Of a stretch of 64,000 bases of DNA, positions 36,621 through 45,263 are shown in pieces. Both the position numbers and the translations under genes were made by a program. Source of the DNA: an uncultured Ectothiorhodospiraceae bacterium (GTDB lineage Bacteria > Pseudomonadota > Gammaproteobacteria > JAABTG01); NCBI GenBank assembly GCA_937867305.1, contig CALMKJ010000025.1:12196-76195 (forward strand), given 5' to 3'. Every line of letters begins with the position of its first letter. The stretch's first letter is position 1. The notes under the pieces are model-generated. The model saw only the letters and a program-made list of their open reading frames with translations. It ran no database searches and was not told the DNA's origin.

Positions 36621-37102
36621 CAGGGTCGAAGCGGGCAAGCGCACCTCCCCCGAGCTGGGCTGTCCACCGTGTCGAGGGCGGCTACACTGCCCCGGCCTCC
36701 CGGGATATTCCCTAACCCACTGAATGAAAGAGCTTTCGGGCGAGAGCCGCCTACGGTTCGGCAGACCCGGCGTGATCCGTGTCACCACACGGGCCCCGTG
36801 CCGTGTCGGTCCGCTTGACAAGATCGATTTACGGTCTTGAGAAGATCGTACAAGACATTGATAGGGAAGGGTCTTTCAGGAGACTGGTGTGGAATCTGCA
36901 GAGGGCTGCGGGCCGGTGCAAAATGGGTTCCCGTCTCCGATGGCGCCCGGGCGCCGGCCGGGACAGCCCACTCCATCGGCACTCGCCCCCATGACAGAAC
37001 TCGCCCGCTCAGCTCATCCCCACTCCCGGCTCAGGACGGCCGAGGCGGCAGGGCTGCGCCCGCATTGCGGTCCGGGGATTTCCGGGCGGGTGTTCCAGGG
37101 CC

Positions 37103-38611
37103 ATGGCTGAGCCGCGCCTCATCCTGGTCGCCCTCGAGGCGTCCGCCGACCGGTCGCTGGCGGTGCTTGTGCTCCGCCAGGCCTTTCCGGAAGACCGGGT
37201 CGAGGAGGTCGCGGACCCCATCGCCTTCGGCGAGGCACTGGCGGGCCCGGCCCCTTCGGCATTGGTGACGGCCCTGGGTTTTTCGTGGGCCGAAGGACCG
37301 AGGGTCCTCGCGGCGGTTCGCAGGCGGCACCCCGGCGTGGTCTCCGTGGTCTTCGACCTCCCGCCTGCGGAGCACGTGGCTGCGCGATTGTCCGAGATGG
37401 GCGTCGACCGGTACGTGCGCCGCGACAGCGCGGGCTATCTGGAACTGCCCGTGGCGCTGCGCGAGGCCTGGGCGCGGGCGGAGGCCCGGCGCAGTGGCGA
37501 CGATGCGGAACAGGTCTTCCGGCGCCTGGTGGAGGACGCGCCGATCGGTCTGTTCTCGGCCACTCCGAACGGCGTGCTCACCCGGGCCAATCCGTCGTTC
37601 GCCCGGGTCCTCGGGATGGCGCCCGGCACCCCCCTGCTGGGGAGGTCCCTGCGCGAGGTCCTGAGTGGCGCGCTGCCCGACCTCGCCCCGAGCCTGCCCG
37701 AGGACCTGCGCCGGGGGGTCCACGAGCCCGAGGTCCGCCTCGCGACGCAGACCGGTGACGTGCGCTGGGTCGGGGTGGATGTCTGGGGTGTGCGGGAGCA
37801 GGACGGTACCTTGCTGCGGCTGGACGGCGCCGTTCAGGACGTCACGTCGGCGCGTGCGGAGTCCGCGCGCTCCGCTGGGACGGGGGAGGCTGGGTGGGAC
37901 TCCTCCCGGGCCGAGCTGGAGCAGTTGGCCTACGCCGTGTCCCACGACCTTCAGGAGCCGTTGCACGTGCTCTCACGCCATGCCCACATCCTGGCGGAGC
38001 GCTATGCAAAGCGGCTGGACGCCGAAGGGGAGCGCTTCCTCGGCAACCTGGTGGGCAGCTCCGACCGCATGCAGGCGATGCTCGACGGGATCCTCGAGTA
38101 CGCCCGGGCCGGGCGGGAGGGCCGAGCCCTGGCGCCGGTCGACTTCAACCGGGCGCTGGAGGAGGCGCTGGAGAACCTGCGTGCCCGAATCGAGGAGACG
38201 GGTGCCGACGTCCGTCACACGACCCTCCCGGTCCTGCCGGGGGAGTATCGGCAGGTCGTGCAGCTGTTTCAGAATCTGGTCGGAAACGCATTAAAATTCC
38301 GGGGGACCGAGGCACCGAGGGTCATCGTCGGGGCGCGGGAGCGGGAGTCCGACTGGCGCTTCGCGGTCAAGGACAACGGCATCGGGATCGACCCCAAGTT
38401 TCAGCAGCGGATCTTCGGGATGTTTCAGCGCCTGCACACCGCAGAGGAGTACCCGGGCACGGGGGTCGGTCTCGCCCTGTGCAAGCGGATCGTCGAGCGC
38501 CACGGCGGGGAGATCTGGGTGCACTCCACCCCGGGGGAGGGGGCCACGTTCTTCTTCACGATTCCCAAGCAGGTGCCCGCTCCAGGCAAAGAGGAAGCGG
38601 ACCCCTCATGA
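37103..38611 (+). CDS. Sensor histidine kinase (degenerate N-terminal receiver-like domain, PAS, HisKA, HATPase_c)
   Basis: H-box LAYAVSHDLQEPLH; N-box NLVGNALKF; G-boxes DNGIGID and GTGVGLALCKRIV. Cytoplasmic with no TM. The N-terminal 120 aa resemble a receiver fold lacking the acidic pocket. Confidence 0.75.
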   Translation: MAEPRLILVALEASADRSLAVLVLRQAFPEDRVEEVADPIAFGEALAGPAPSALVTALGFSWAEGPRVLAAVRRRHPGVVSVVFDLPPAEHVAARLSEMGVDRYVRRDSAGYLELPVALREAWARAEARRSGDDAEQVFRRLVEDAPIGLFSATPNGVLTRANPSFARVLGMAPGTPLLGRSLREVLSGALPDLAPSLPEDLRRGVHEPEVRLATQTGDVRWVGVDVWGVREQDGTLLRLDGAVQDVTSARAESARSAGTGEAGWDSSRAELEQLAYAVSHDLQEPLHVLSRHAHILAERYAKRLDAEGERFLGNLVGSSDRMQAMLDGILEYARAGREGRALAPVDFNRALEEALENLRARIEETGADVRHTTLPVLPGEYRQVVQLFQNLVGNALKFRGTEAPRVIVGARERESDWRFAVKDNGIGIDPKFQQRIFGMFQRLHTAEEYPGTGVGLALCKRIVERHGGEIWVHSTPGEGATFFFTIPKQVPAPGKEEADPS

Positions 38612-40731
38612 CGACCGAGCGCCCCAACGCCCCCGGGAGTGCGATCCGGGTTCTGCTGGTGGAAGACAGCGCGGCAGAGGCGGACCTGGTTCGGGACATG
38701 CTCGGGCGGGAGGGTGCGGGCTCGTTCACCGTCACCCACGTCCAGCGGCTGGCCCTGGCAGTCCCTCACCTGCGTGCCGGTGGCGTGGACCTGGTCCTTC
38801 TCGACCTGAATCTGCCGGACAGCGTGGGGCTCTCGGGCTTCGAGGAGCTGCATCCGATTGCCCCCGCGACTCCCTTCATCATCCTCACGAACGTCCAGAA
38901 CGAGTCCGTTGCGGCGCGCGCGGTGCGCATGGGCGCCCAGGACTACTTGATCAAGCGTGAAGTGAACGAGCGGACCCTGGCTCGCGCCATCCGGTACTCG
39001 GTGGAGCGTCAGCGGGCCGAAGAGGCGCTGCGCGCAAGCGAGGAGCGCTACGCCCTCGCAGTGAACGGCGCCAACGACGGGTTGTGGGATTGGAACCTCT
39101 CGCGCGACACCGTCTATTTCTCGCCCCGCTGGAAGGCCATCCTCGGGTATGGCGAGGCCGAGGTGGGGGACCGGGTGAACGAGTGGCTCGACCGGGTCCA
39201 CCCGGAGGACCTGGAGCGGCTGCGCGCCGCACTGTCCGAGCACCTGGAGGGCCGGACGCCCCATTTCGAGTGCGAGCATCGGGTGCTCAACCGCACCGGT
39301 GAGGTCCGTTGGGTGCTGACCCGCGGCCTTGCGGTGCGCGACGCCGCGGGCGTCGCCTATCGGCTCGCCGGCTCGCTGTCGGACATCACGGCACGCAAGC
39401 TGGCCGAAGAGCAGTTGCTCCACGATGCGTTCCACGACGCCCTGACCGGGCTCGCCAACCGTGCGCTGTTCCTGGACCGGCTCGAGCAGACCTTGCGCCA
39501 GCACCGCCGCGACCCCGAGAGGGTCTTCGGGGTGCTGTTCTTCGACCTGGATCGGTTCAAGAACATCAACGACAGCCTGGGGCACAGCGTGGGCGACCAG
39601 TTGCTGGTGGAGGTCGCCAGGCGCCTCGAGCGCTTCCTGCGTCCCGGGGACACCGTGGCGCGGCTCGGCGGGGACGAGTTCGGGGTGATCCTCACGGACA
39701 TCGCGGGCGTCGCCGGGGCGACCCACGTCGCCGAGCGCATCCACGAACTGCTCGGGCAGGTGTTCGTCATCGGAGACCAGGAGGTCTTCACCTCCGCGAG
39801 CATCGGCGTCGCGATGGTCTCGGAGAAGTACGAGCGGCCGGAGGAGCTCCTGCGGGACGCCGACCTCGCCATGTACCGCGCGAAGCAGGGGAGCGCGGGG
39901 TGCTGTGAGGTGTTCGACAGCAACATGTACGAGAGCGCCGTGGCGCTGCTCAAGCTCGAGACCGACCTGCGCCGGGCCGTCGAGCGCGAGGAATTCATGG
40001 TGCACTATCAGCCGATCGTGGCGGTCGACGATGGTCGCATCCTGGGGTTCGAGGCGCTGGTGCGCTGGCGCCACCCGGAGCGTGGGCTGGTGCTCCCCGA
40101 CCAGTTCATTCCCGCCGCGGAGGAGACCGGGCTGGTGGTTCCCATCGGTTGGTGGGTGCTGCGCACGGCCTGCCGCCAGACGCACGAATGGCAGCAGATG
40201 TTTCCGCTCGACCCGCCCCTGTCCATCAGTGTGAACATCTCCGGCAAGTTGTTCCTCGCACCCAACATGTCCGGCCGCTTGCTGGCGATCCTGGAGGAGT
40301 CGCGGCTGCCGCCCGAGAGCCTGCGGCTCGAGATCACCGAGAGCGCGATCATGGACCACCGGGACGCCGCGGTAGCCGAGCTGACGCGGCTGCGGGCTGC
40401 CGGCGTGAAGCTGCACATCGATGACTTCGGTACGGGGTATTCTTCCCTGACCTACCTGCAGCGCTTCTCCTACGACTCGCTCAAGATCGATCGTTCCTTC
40501 GTGAGCGGAATGCGCCAGGAGGAGGAGGGGACCGAGCTCGTGAGGGCCATCGTCGCGTTGGGCAAGATGCTCAACATGAACGTCATCGCCGAAGGCGTGG
40601 AGACGCCCGAGCAATATCGCTGGCTGCTGGCCATGGAGTGCCCCGAGGCCCAGGGGTTCTGGTTCTCCAAGCCTCTCGATCGCACCGCGGTCGCGCGCCT
40701 CCTGCAGGCAAGACCGACCCTCGTCAACTGA
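38608..40731 (+). CDS. Response regulator with REC-PAS-GGDEF-EAL architecture
   Basis: ATGA overlap with the kinase. REC (VLLVEDS...DLVLLDLNLPD), PAS (GLWDWNL...), GGDEF (RLGGDEFGV) and EAL (EALVRW...DDFGTGYSSL...KIDRSF) motifs intact. Confidence 0.85.
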   Translation: MTTERPNAPGSAIRVLLVEDSAAEADLVRDMLGREGAGSFTVTHVQRLALAVPHLRAGGVDLVLLDLNLPDSVGLSGFEELHPIAPATPFIILTNVQNESVAARAVRMGAQDYLIKREVNERTLARAIRYSVERQRAEEALRASEERYALAVNGANDGLWDWNLSRDTVYFSPRWKAILGYGEAEVGDRVNEWLDRVHPEDLERLRAALSEHLEGRTPHFECEHRVLNRTGEVRWVLTRGLAVRDAAGVAYRLAGSLSDITARKLAEEQLLHDAFHDALTGLANRALFLDRLEQTLRQHRRDPERVFGVLFFDLDRFKNINDSLGHSVGDQLLVEVARRLERFLRPGDTVARLGGDEFGVILTDIAGVAGATHVAERIHELLGQVFVIGDQEVFTSASIGVAMVSEKYERPEELLRDADLAMYRAKQGSAGCCEVFDSNMYESAVALLKLETDLRRAVEREEFMVHYQPIVAVDDGRILGFEALVRWRHPERGLVLPDQFIPAAEETGLVVPIGWWVLRTACRQTHEWQQMFPLDPPLSISVNISGKLFLAPNMSGRLLAILEESRLPPESLRLEITESAIMDHRDAAVAELTRLRAAGVKLHIDDFGTGYSSLTYLQRFSYDSLKIDRSFVSGMRQEEEGTELVRAIVALGKMLNMNVIAEGVETPEQYRWLLAMECPEAQGFWFSKPLDRTAVARLLQARPTLVN

Positions 40732-40773
40732 GGTTCAGCGCACGCTCCGCGGCCGCGGCCGCGCGGAGGAGAC

Positions 40774-41352
40774 ATGGAACGGGGTACCCGCTGGACACTC
40801 GCGGTCGTCGGGGCGGCGGTCGGGTTCGGGTTCGGGCTCGCCCACCTGGTCTGGCGCGCCTCCTCGGTGGACGGGACGGGTGTGGGGGGGCGCGGGGCGG
40901 CCACGGACTGGCGTGCGCCCGGCCGGCACGGGGGAGTGGGGCTACCCATGATGCCGAGGGCGGGCGGCGGCTATCCGCTCGACGACCCCGGAGCAGCGTT
41001 CCCGGCCTATGGCTCGCGGCCGGAGCCTGGGCGGGGCTGGCCGGCTGCGCCGTCTGCCCCCTATCCCGCCTGGCGAGGAGCGCCCGAGGCGGCGTATGCC
41101 CCCGGTTGGGCCGAGCCCGGCGGTTGGGGGGGTGGATATCCCGTGTACCCCTCCGCCCCACAGCCTTCCTGGGCTCGGGAGGACCCGGCCGCCTGGTGGG
41201 CGCCAGGGCGCGGGGACGGGCCGCCGCCGCCCTCCCTGGAGGGCTCGCCTGCCCAGGCCACCACAGCCCCGGCCCCGGAGAGGGTCGAGGTGGCAGTGCC
41301 GCCCGCGCCGGAGATTCCGTCCCCACTGCCGGTGGTCACCGCCCCGGATTGA
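40774..41352 (+). CDS. Membrane-anchored Pro/Gly/Trp-rich repetitive hypothetical protein
   Basis: ATG with GGAGGAG RBS. One N-terminal TM (WTLAVVGAAVGFGFGLAHLVW), then aromatic-proline repeats (APYPAW, YAPGWAEPGGWGGGYPVYP, AAWWAPG). Ends at a strong hairpin. Compositional bias makes the call uncertain. Confidence 0.45.
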   Translation: MERGTRWTLAVVGAAVGFGFGLAHLVWRASSVDGTGVGGRGAATDWRAPGRHGGVGLPMMPRAGGGYPLDDPGAAFPAYGSRPEPGRGWPAAPSAPYPAWRGAPEAAYAPGWAEPGGWGGGYPVYPSAPQPSWAREDPAAWWAPGRGDGPPPPSLEGSPAQATTAPAPERVEVAVPPAPEIPSPLPVVTAPD

Positions 41353-41373
41353 CGGGGGCCCCGGCGGCGCGTG

Positions 41374-41406
41374 CCTCCCCCCCTCGCGCCCGCGAGTGGG
41401 GGGGCG
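41374..41406. terminator. GC-rich hairpin, probable bidirectional terminator
   Basis: CCCCCCCTCGCG-cc-CGCGAG(T)GGGGGGG: 13-bp stem with one bulge, between convergent genes. Confidence 0.5.
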
Positions 41407-41440
41407 CCGCATCGCCGTGAGTCCCCGAGGTGTCGCCAGG

Positions 41441-41545
41441 TCAGAGGCAGTGAGTCGTCCGGGCGCGCAGGGAAAGCCGCAGCACGGTTGCCATGATCAC
41501 TACCAGGGTGAGGATGCCCGCAAGGGTCAGGTTGTCGATGTGCAT
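41441..41545 (-). CDS. 34-aa hydrophobic micro-protein
   Basis: ATG 41545 preceded by GAGGAGG RBS 7 nt upstream. MHIDNLTLAGILTLVVIMATVLRLSLRARTTHCL: single TM helix plus basic tail. Divergent from ompR. Confidence 0.45.
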   Translation of the reverse strand: MHIDNLTLAGILTLVVIMATVLRLSLRARTTHCL

Positions 41546-41811
41546 GGCTACCTCCTCGTTCTCCGGCTTCCCGGGGACCGGGGCCGCCCGCAAGCGGCTC
41601 GGCCGAACGGGTCGCCACGTTTGCCCGCATCGTCGCCGAAGCGGGGTGGCGGGCGGCCGCTGACCGGGTGGTCTGGCGATGCCGTTTCCTGCCACGGGTA
41701 CAAGTCTCCCGCGCAGGTGTTGCAGAAGGATTTCCCGTTGGAGCAGAGTTGTGACGAAGTGTTTCGCTTCCATATCAAGCCAGGTCCGCCGTCGGCAGGG
41801 GGAAAGAAACC

Positions 41812-42534
41812 GTGGAGAGCGAGAGCGCCCGTCTCCTCGTCGTGGACGACGATGCCGGTCTGCGCGCCCTCCTGACGAAGTACCTGACCAAGGAGGGATT
41901 CGTGGTCACGGCGGTCCCCGACGGGGCGGCCATGGATGCCTGGCTCGGGCGGGAATCGGCCGACCTCGTGATCCTCGACCTGATGCTGCCCGGGGAAGAC
42001 GGCCTCTCGCTGGCCCGGCGGCTGCGGGCGGGCAGCGACGTGCCCATCGTCATTCTCTCGGCCCGGGGCGAGGACCTCGACCGGATCGTGGGCCTGGAGG
42101 TCGGCGCCGACGATTACCTCGCCAAGCCCTTCAACCCCCGGGAGTTGCTCGCCCGTATCCGGGCGGTGCTGCGGCGCAGGACAAAAGCCTGTCCCCCGGC
42201 GGACGCGGGGACGTCCGGGGAGGAGTTCCGTTTCGGTCCTTTCCGGCTCGACACGGCGGCCCAGCGCCTGACCCGGGACGGAGAGTCCGTTGACCTGACG
42301 ACGGGCGAGTATGCGCTGCTGCGCATCTTCGTGGAGCGCCCCAACCGGGTTCTGAGCCGGGACACCCTGGTGGACCTGCTCAAGGGGTACGAGCGAGACC
42401 CCTTCGACCGCAGCGTGGACGTGAGGGTGGCCCGCCTGCGCAGCAAGGTCGAGGAGGACAGCCGGGAGCCCCGCTACATACGCACCGTGTGGGGGCAGGG
42501 GTATCTGTTCGCGCCGGACGGTGACGCCCGGTGA
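41812..42534 (+). CDS. ompR: OmpR-family response regulator
   Basis: GTG start with GGGGGAAAG RBS. REC (LLVVDDD...DLVILDLMLPGEDG) plus winged-helix (FGPFRLD...RVLSRDTL...VRVARLRSKVE...IRTVWGQGY). Confidence 0.85.
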   Translation: MESESARLLVVDDDAGLRALLTKYLTKEGFVVTAVPDGAAMDAWLGRESADLVILDLMLPGEDGLSLARRLRAGSDVPIVILSARGEDLDRIVGLEVGADDYLAKPFNPRELLARIRAVLRRRTKACPPADAGTSGEEFRFGPFRLDTAAQRLTRDGESVDLTTGEYALLRIFVERPNRVLSRDTLVDLLKGYERDPFDRSVDVRVARLRSKVEEDSREPRYIRTVWGQGYLFAPDGDAR

Positions 42535-43880
42535 GGTGGGTGCCCGGGACCCTGTTCGGCAAGACCGCGGTCGCTCTGATGGTCGCGTTTCTCTATTTCG
42601 CGTTCTTCGCATTCGCCGCGGTCGTCCATTACGTCCAGGTGCCCGTCGCTCGGCAGGCTGCGGAGGACCTCGCCACCTTCCTGCTGCTGACCGGGCGCGC
42701 CTGGTCGTCGCTGCCGCCGGCGGACCGGGAGCACTACGCGGCCGAGGTCCTGAGGGGCCACGACGTGGCGGTTTCGGACGCATCCGTCCCTCTGCTCGAG
42801 CGCCCGGCTTACCGGCCCTTTCCGGCCCTCGTGGAGGCGGCCGTGCAGGCCCGTACCCGGGCGCCCACGGCCTTGCGGATGAGCACCGCCCAGGACGGGC
42901 GGCGCTGGTACTGGCTAGAGATGAATGAGCCCGCGGGTGGTGTTCGGGTGGGGTTTCCCGAGAACCGGACCGGGACGCACGTCCCGACCGCACTGATCAG
43001 CGTGCTCGCCGCGAGCGCCGGTCTCGTGCTGGTGACGGCGATGACCCTTGCCAGCCGGATCAGCCGGCCCCTGGAGCGGCTCTCGGCAGCCGTGGAGAGT
43101 CTCGGAAAAGGGCTGGAGCCCGAGCGGCTGCCCGAGCAGGGACCGACGGAGCTGGTGACGCTGATCCGGCAGTTCAACCGGATGACCCTCCAGGTGCGCG
43201 AACTGCTCGCCAACCGCACGACCCTGCTGGCGGGGATCAGTCACGACCTGCGCACCCCGCTCGCGCGCCTTCGCGTCGCCATCGAGATGTTGCCCGAGGA
43301 GGTGGATTCGGACCTCGTGCAGGGGATGACCAGGGACCTGGAGGAGATGAACCGCCTGATCGGCGTCGCGCTCGAGCTGGCGCACGACCTTGCGGCGGGC
43401 AAGCGCGAGGTCGTGGACCTGAACGAGGTGGTGCAGGCGGTGGTGGAGGGAGCGCGGCGGGTCGGAGGCGCTGTACGCTGGACTCCCGGGCCACCCTGCC
43501 GCCAGAACGTGAACGTCACGGCGCTCCGGCGGGTTCTCGACAATCTGATGGGGAACGCCCTGCGTTACGGCAGGGGGCTCATGGTCACGGTGGAGTTGGA
43601 GTGCGGCACCGACGGGGTTGTCGTGCGGGTCCTGGATCGGGGACCCGGAATCCCGGAGGAGGAGCGCGAAGCGGTCTTCCGGCCGTTTCACCGGCTCGAA
43701 CGGTCGCGCAGTACCGACACCGGGGGGAGCGGGCTCGGCCTTGCGATCGCCCGCCAACTGTCGGAGGCGAATGGCTGGCGGCTGACGCTGGGTTCGAGGG
43801 ATGGGGGAGGGACGGTCGCGGAGCTTGTCTTGCCTCGCCTTGCCCTCCCGAGTGGTTTGCCCGAGGAGGCGGGGTCCTGA
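42531..43880 (+). CDS. envZ: EnvZ-like osmosensor histidine kinase
   Basis: GTGA overlap with ompR. Two TM helices, HAMP, H-box AGISHDLRTPLARLR, N/G boxes (DNLMGNALRYG; DRGPGIPEEE; GGSGLGLAIA). Confidence 0.8.
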   Translation: MRWVPGTLFGKTAVALMVAFLYFAFFAFAAVVHYVQVPVARQAAEDLATFLLLTGRAWSSLPPADREHYAAEVLRGHDVAVSDASVPLLERPAYRPFPALVEAAVQARTRAPTALRMSTAQDGRRWYWLEMNEPAGGVRVGFPENRTGTHVPTALISVLAASAGLVLVTAMTLASRISRPLERLSAAVESLGKGLEPERLPEQGPTELVTLIRQFNRMTLQVRELLANRTTLLAGISHDLRTPLARLRVAIEMLPEEVDSDLVQGMTRDLEEMNRLIGVALELAHDLAAGKREVVDLNEVVQAVVEGARRVGGAVRWTPGPPCRQNVNVTALRRVLDNLMGNALRYGRGLMVTVELECGTDGVVVRVLDRGPGIPEEEREAVFRPFHRLERSRSTDTGGSGLGLAIARQLSEANGWRLTLGSRDGGGTVAELVLPRLALPSGLPEEAGS

Positions 43881-43882
43881 GA

Positions 43883-44446
43883 GTGAGACAGGGAACGGAT
43901 CGCTGGGGCGGGCGGTCGGGTGCGTGGCTGCTCAGCTTGCTCCTGCTCCTCGTGCCCGTGGGCTCGGCCCCCGCCACCGGGCTCGGTCCGCAGGAAATGG
44001 CGGCCATGCTGCAGGGCATGGTCACGATGATGAAGCTGTGGAGCGCGTTCACCGGTGGCACCGACTTCAACCTGGGAGGGGGGAGCCTCTCGCCCTACCC
44101 GGCTCCTGCGGGCTCGTGGGCACCAGACCCCTGGACCGGTGCCGCACCCCTCCGGGGTGGCCCGCCAGCCGCAGGGGTGCCCACGGCAGGTCGGGCGCCG
44201 GGGCCGCTCGAGGGACGCTGGATCGGGGAGTCCGGAGACACCCTGGAGTTTCGCGGCGAGAGGTTCCGCCTGTCCGCCCAGGGCCGCGGCCAGCTGACGG
44301 GGACGTTCCTCGTCCAGCAAGACCGCCTGGCCCTGTACGTGCCTCAAGAAGGTTCCACCCGCGTGTACCGTTTCGAGCGCCGGCGCGACCATCTCGCGCT
44401 CCAGGACGACGGGGGCGGGCTCCTGCTCTTCCGCGCGGCACGCTGA
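43883..44446 (+). CDS. Secreted hypothetical protein
   Basis: GTG start 3 nt after envZ stop. Signal peptide AWLLSLLLLLVPVGSAPA; Met-rich segment; no known domain. Confidence 0.45.
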   Translation: MRQGTDRWGGRSGAWLLSLLLLLVPVGSAPATGLGPQEMAAMLQGMVTMMKLWSAFTGGTDFNLGGGSLSPYPAPAGSWAPDPWTGAAPLRGGPPAAGVPTAGRAPGPLEGRWIGESGDTLEFRGERFRLSAQGRGQLTGTFLVQQDRLALYVPQEGSTRVYRFERRRDHLALQDDGGGLLLFRAAR

Positions 44447-44502
44447 CCGTCCCGGCCAGCGTCACCCGCAAGGGTCGGTAATTCCGCGACCCTCGAGAGG
44501 TC

Positions 44503-44533
44503 CTCGGGCGGGTACGTCCATCTCCCGCCCGAG
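44503..44533. terminator. Hairpin between convergent genes (possible bidirectional terminator)
   Basis: CTCGGGCGGG-11 nt loop-CCCGCCCGAG, 10-bp perfect stem. Confidence 0.4.
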
Positions 44534-44595
44534 TGGTGTCTCCCTTGATGTCTCCCCGCCACCGAACCGGGACGCGGTGGGCCGGGGAGGGGTGG

Positions 44596-45156
44596 TCATT
44601 CGACCTTGATGTTCCGCCGCCGGGCGACCTGCGCCTTGGGCAACGTCAGCTCCAGCAGCCCGTCCTTGAAGGAGGCCTGAGCCTTGTCGGCGTCGACCTC
44701 GACGGGAAGGGGGACCGTGCGCAGGAATTCCCCCTGCACGATCTCACTCCGATGGTAGTCGCCCCGGTCTTCCTTCGTCTCCTTGCGGGTCGCCGCCTTG
44801 ATGGTCAGGGTCCCTTCCGTCATGGTGACGTCCAGGTCCTTCTTGTCGACGCCGGGCAGCTCAGCCCGGACGACCACCGCGTCGTCCCGCTCCACCACGT
44901 CCACCCGGGGCACGCGGTAGTCCAACTGTCGCTCCGCCTCTCCGGCCCACGGCCACCCCGTCCGCAACGGGTGCCCCCACCAGGGGCCCGCGCCCCGGAG
45001 CATGTGCTCGAACAGGCGATCCATGTCTTCGAACGGACTCAGGGCCTTGACGGCCCTGCGCGGCCTCACCGGAGCCGCAACGCCCTTCTTCTCCTCCTTT
45101 TTCTCTTCCTTCGCCTCTTCTTTCCTGGTTACGTCCACTCCGCTCGGCTTGTTCAT
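44596..45156 (-). CDS. Hsp20/alpha-crystallin small heat-shock protein
   Basis: ATG 45156 (MNKPSGVDV...). Lys/Glu-rich N-terminal arm, alpha-crystallin domain (VDVVERDDAVVVRAELPGVDKKDLDVTMTEGTLTIKA...), C-terminal IKV-like motif. Confidence 0.85.
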   Translation of the reverse strand: MNKPSGVDVTRKEEAKEEKKEEKKGVAAPVRPRRAVKALSPFEDMDRLFEHMLRGAGPWWGHPLRTGWPWAGEAERQLDYRVPRVDVVERDDAVVVRAELPGVDKKDLDVTMTEGTLTIKAATRKETKEDRGDYHRSEIVQGEFLRTVPLPVEVDADKAQASFKDGLLELTLPKAQVARRRNIKVE

Positions 45157-45202
45157 GTCGCCCTCCGTTTGCCCGCGCTCCGGGGCGGGCATGACCCTCT
45201 AT

Positions 45203-45238
45203 GAGAGGAAATATAGGGGCAACGACCCCGTTTCCAAG
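45203..45238 (-). promoter_or_regulatory. Candidate sigma-32 (RpoH) heat-shock promoter for hsp20
   Basis: Minus strand reads CTTGGAAA-11 nt-CCCCTATAT about 45-80 nt upstream of the hsp20 ATG, resembling consensus CTTGAAA-N13-15-CCCCATNT. Spacer slightly short. Confidence 0.35.
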
Positions 45239-45263
45239 GTGCGGTGAAGGACAGCCCCGGCCT

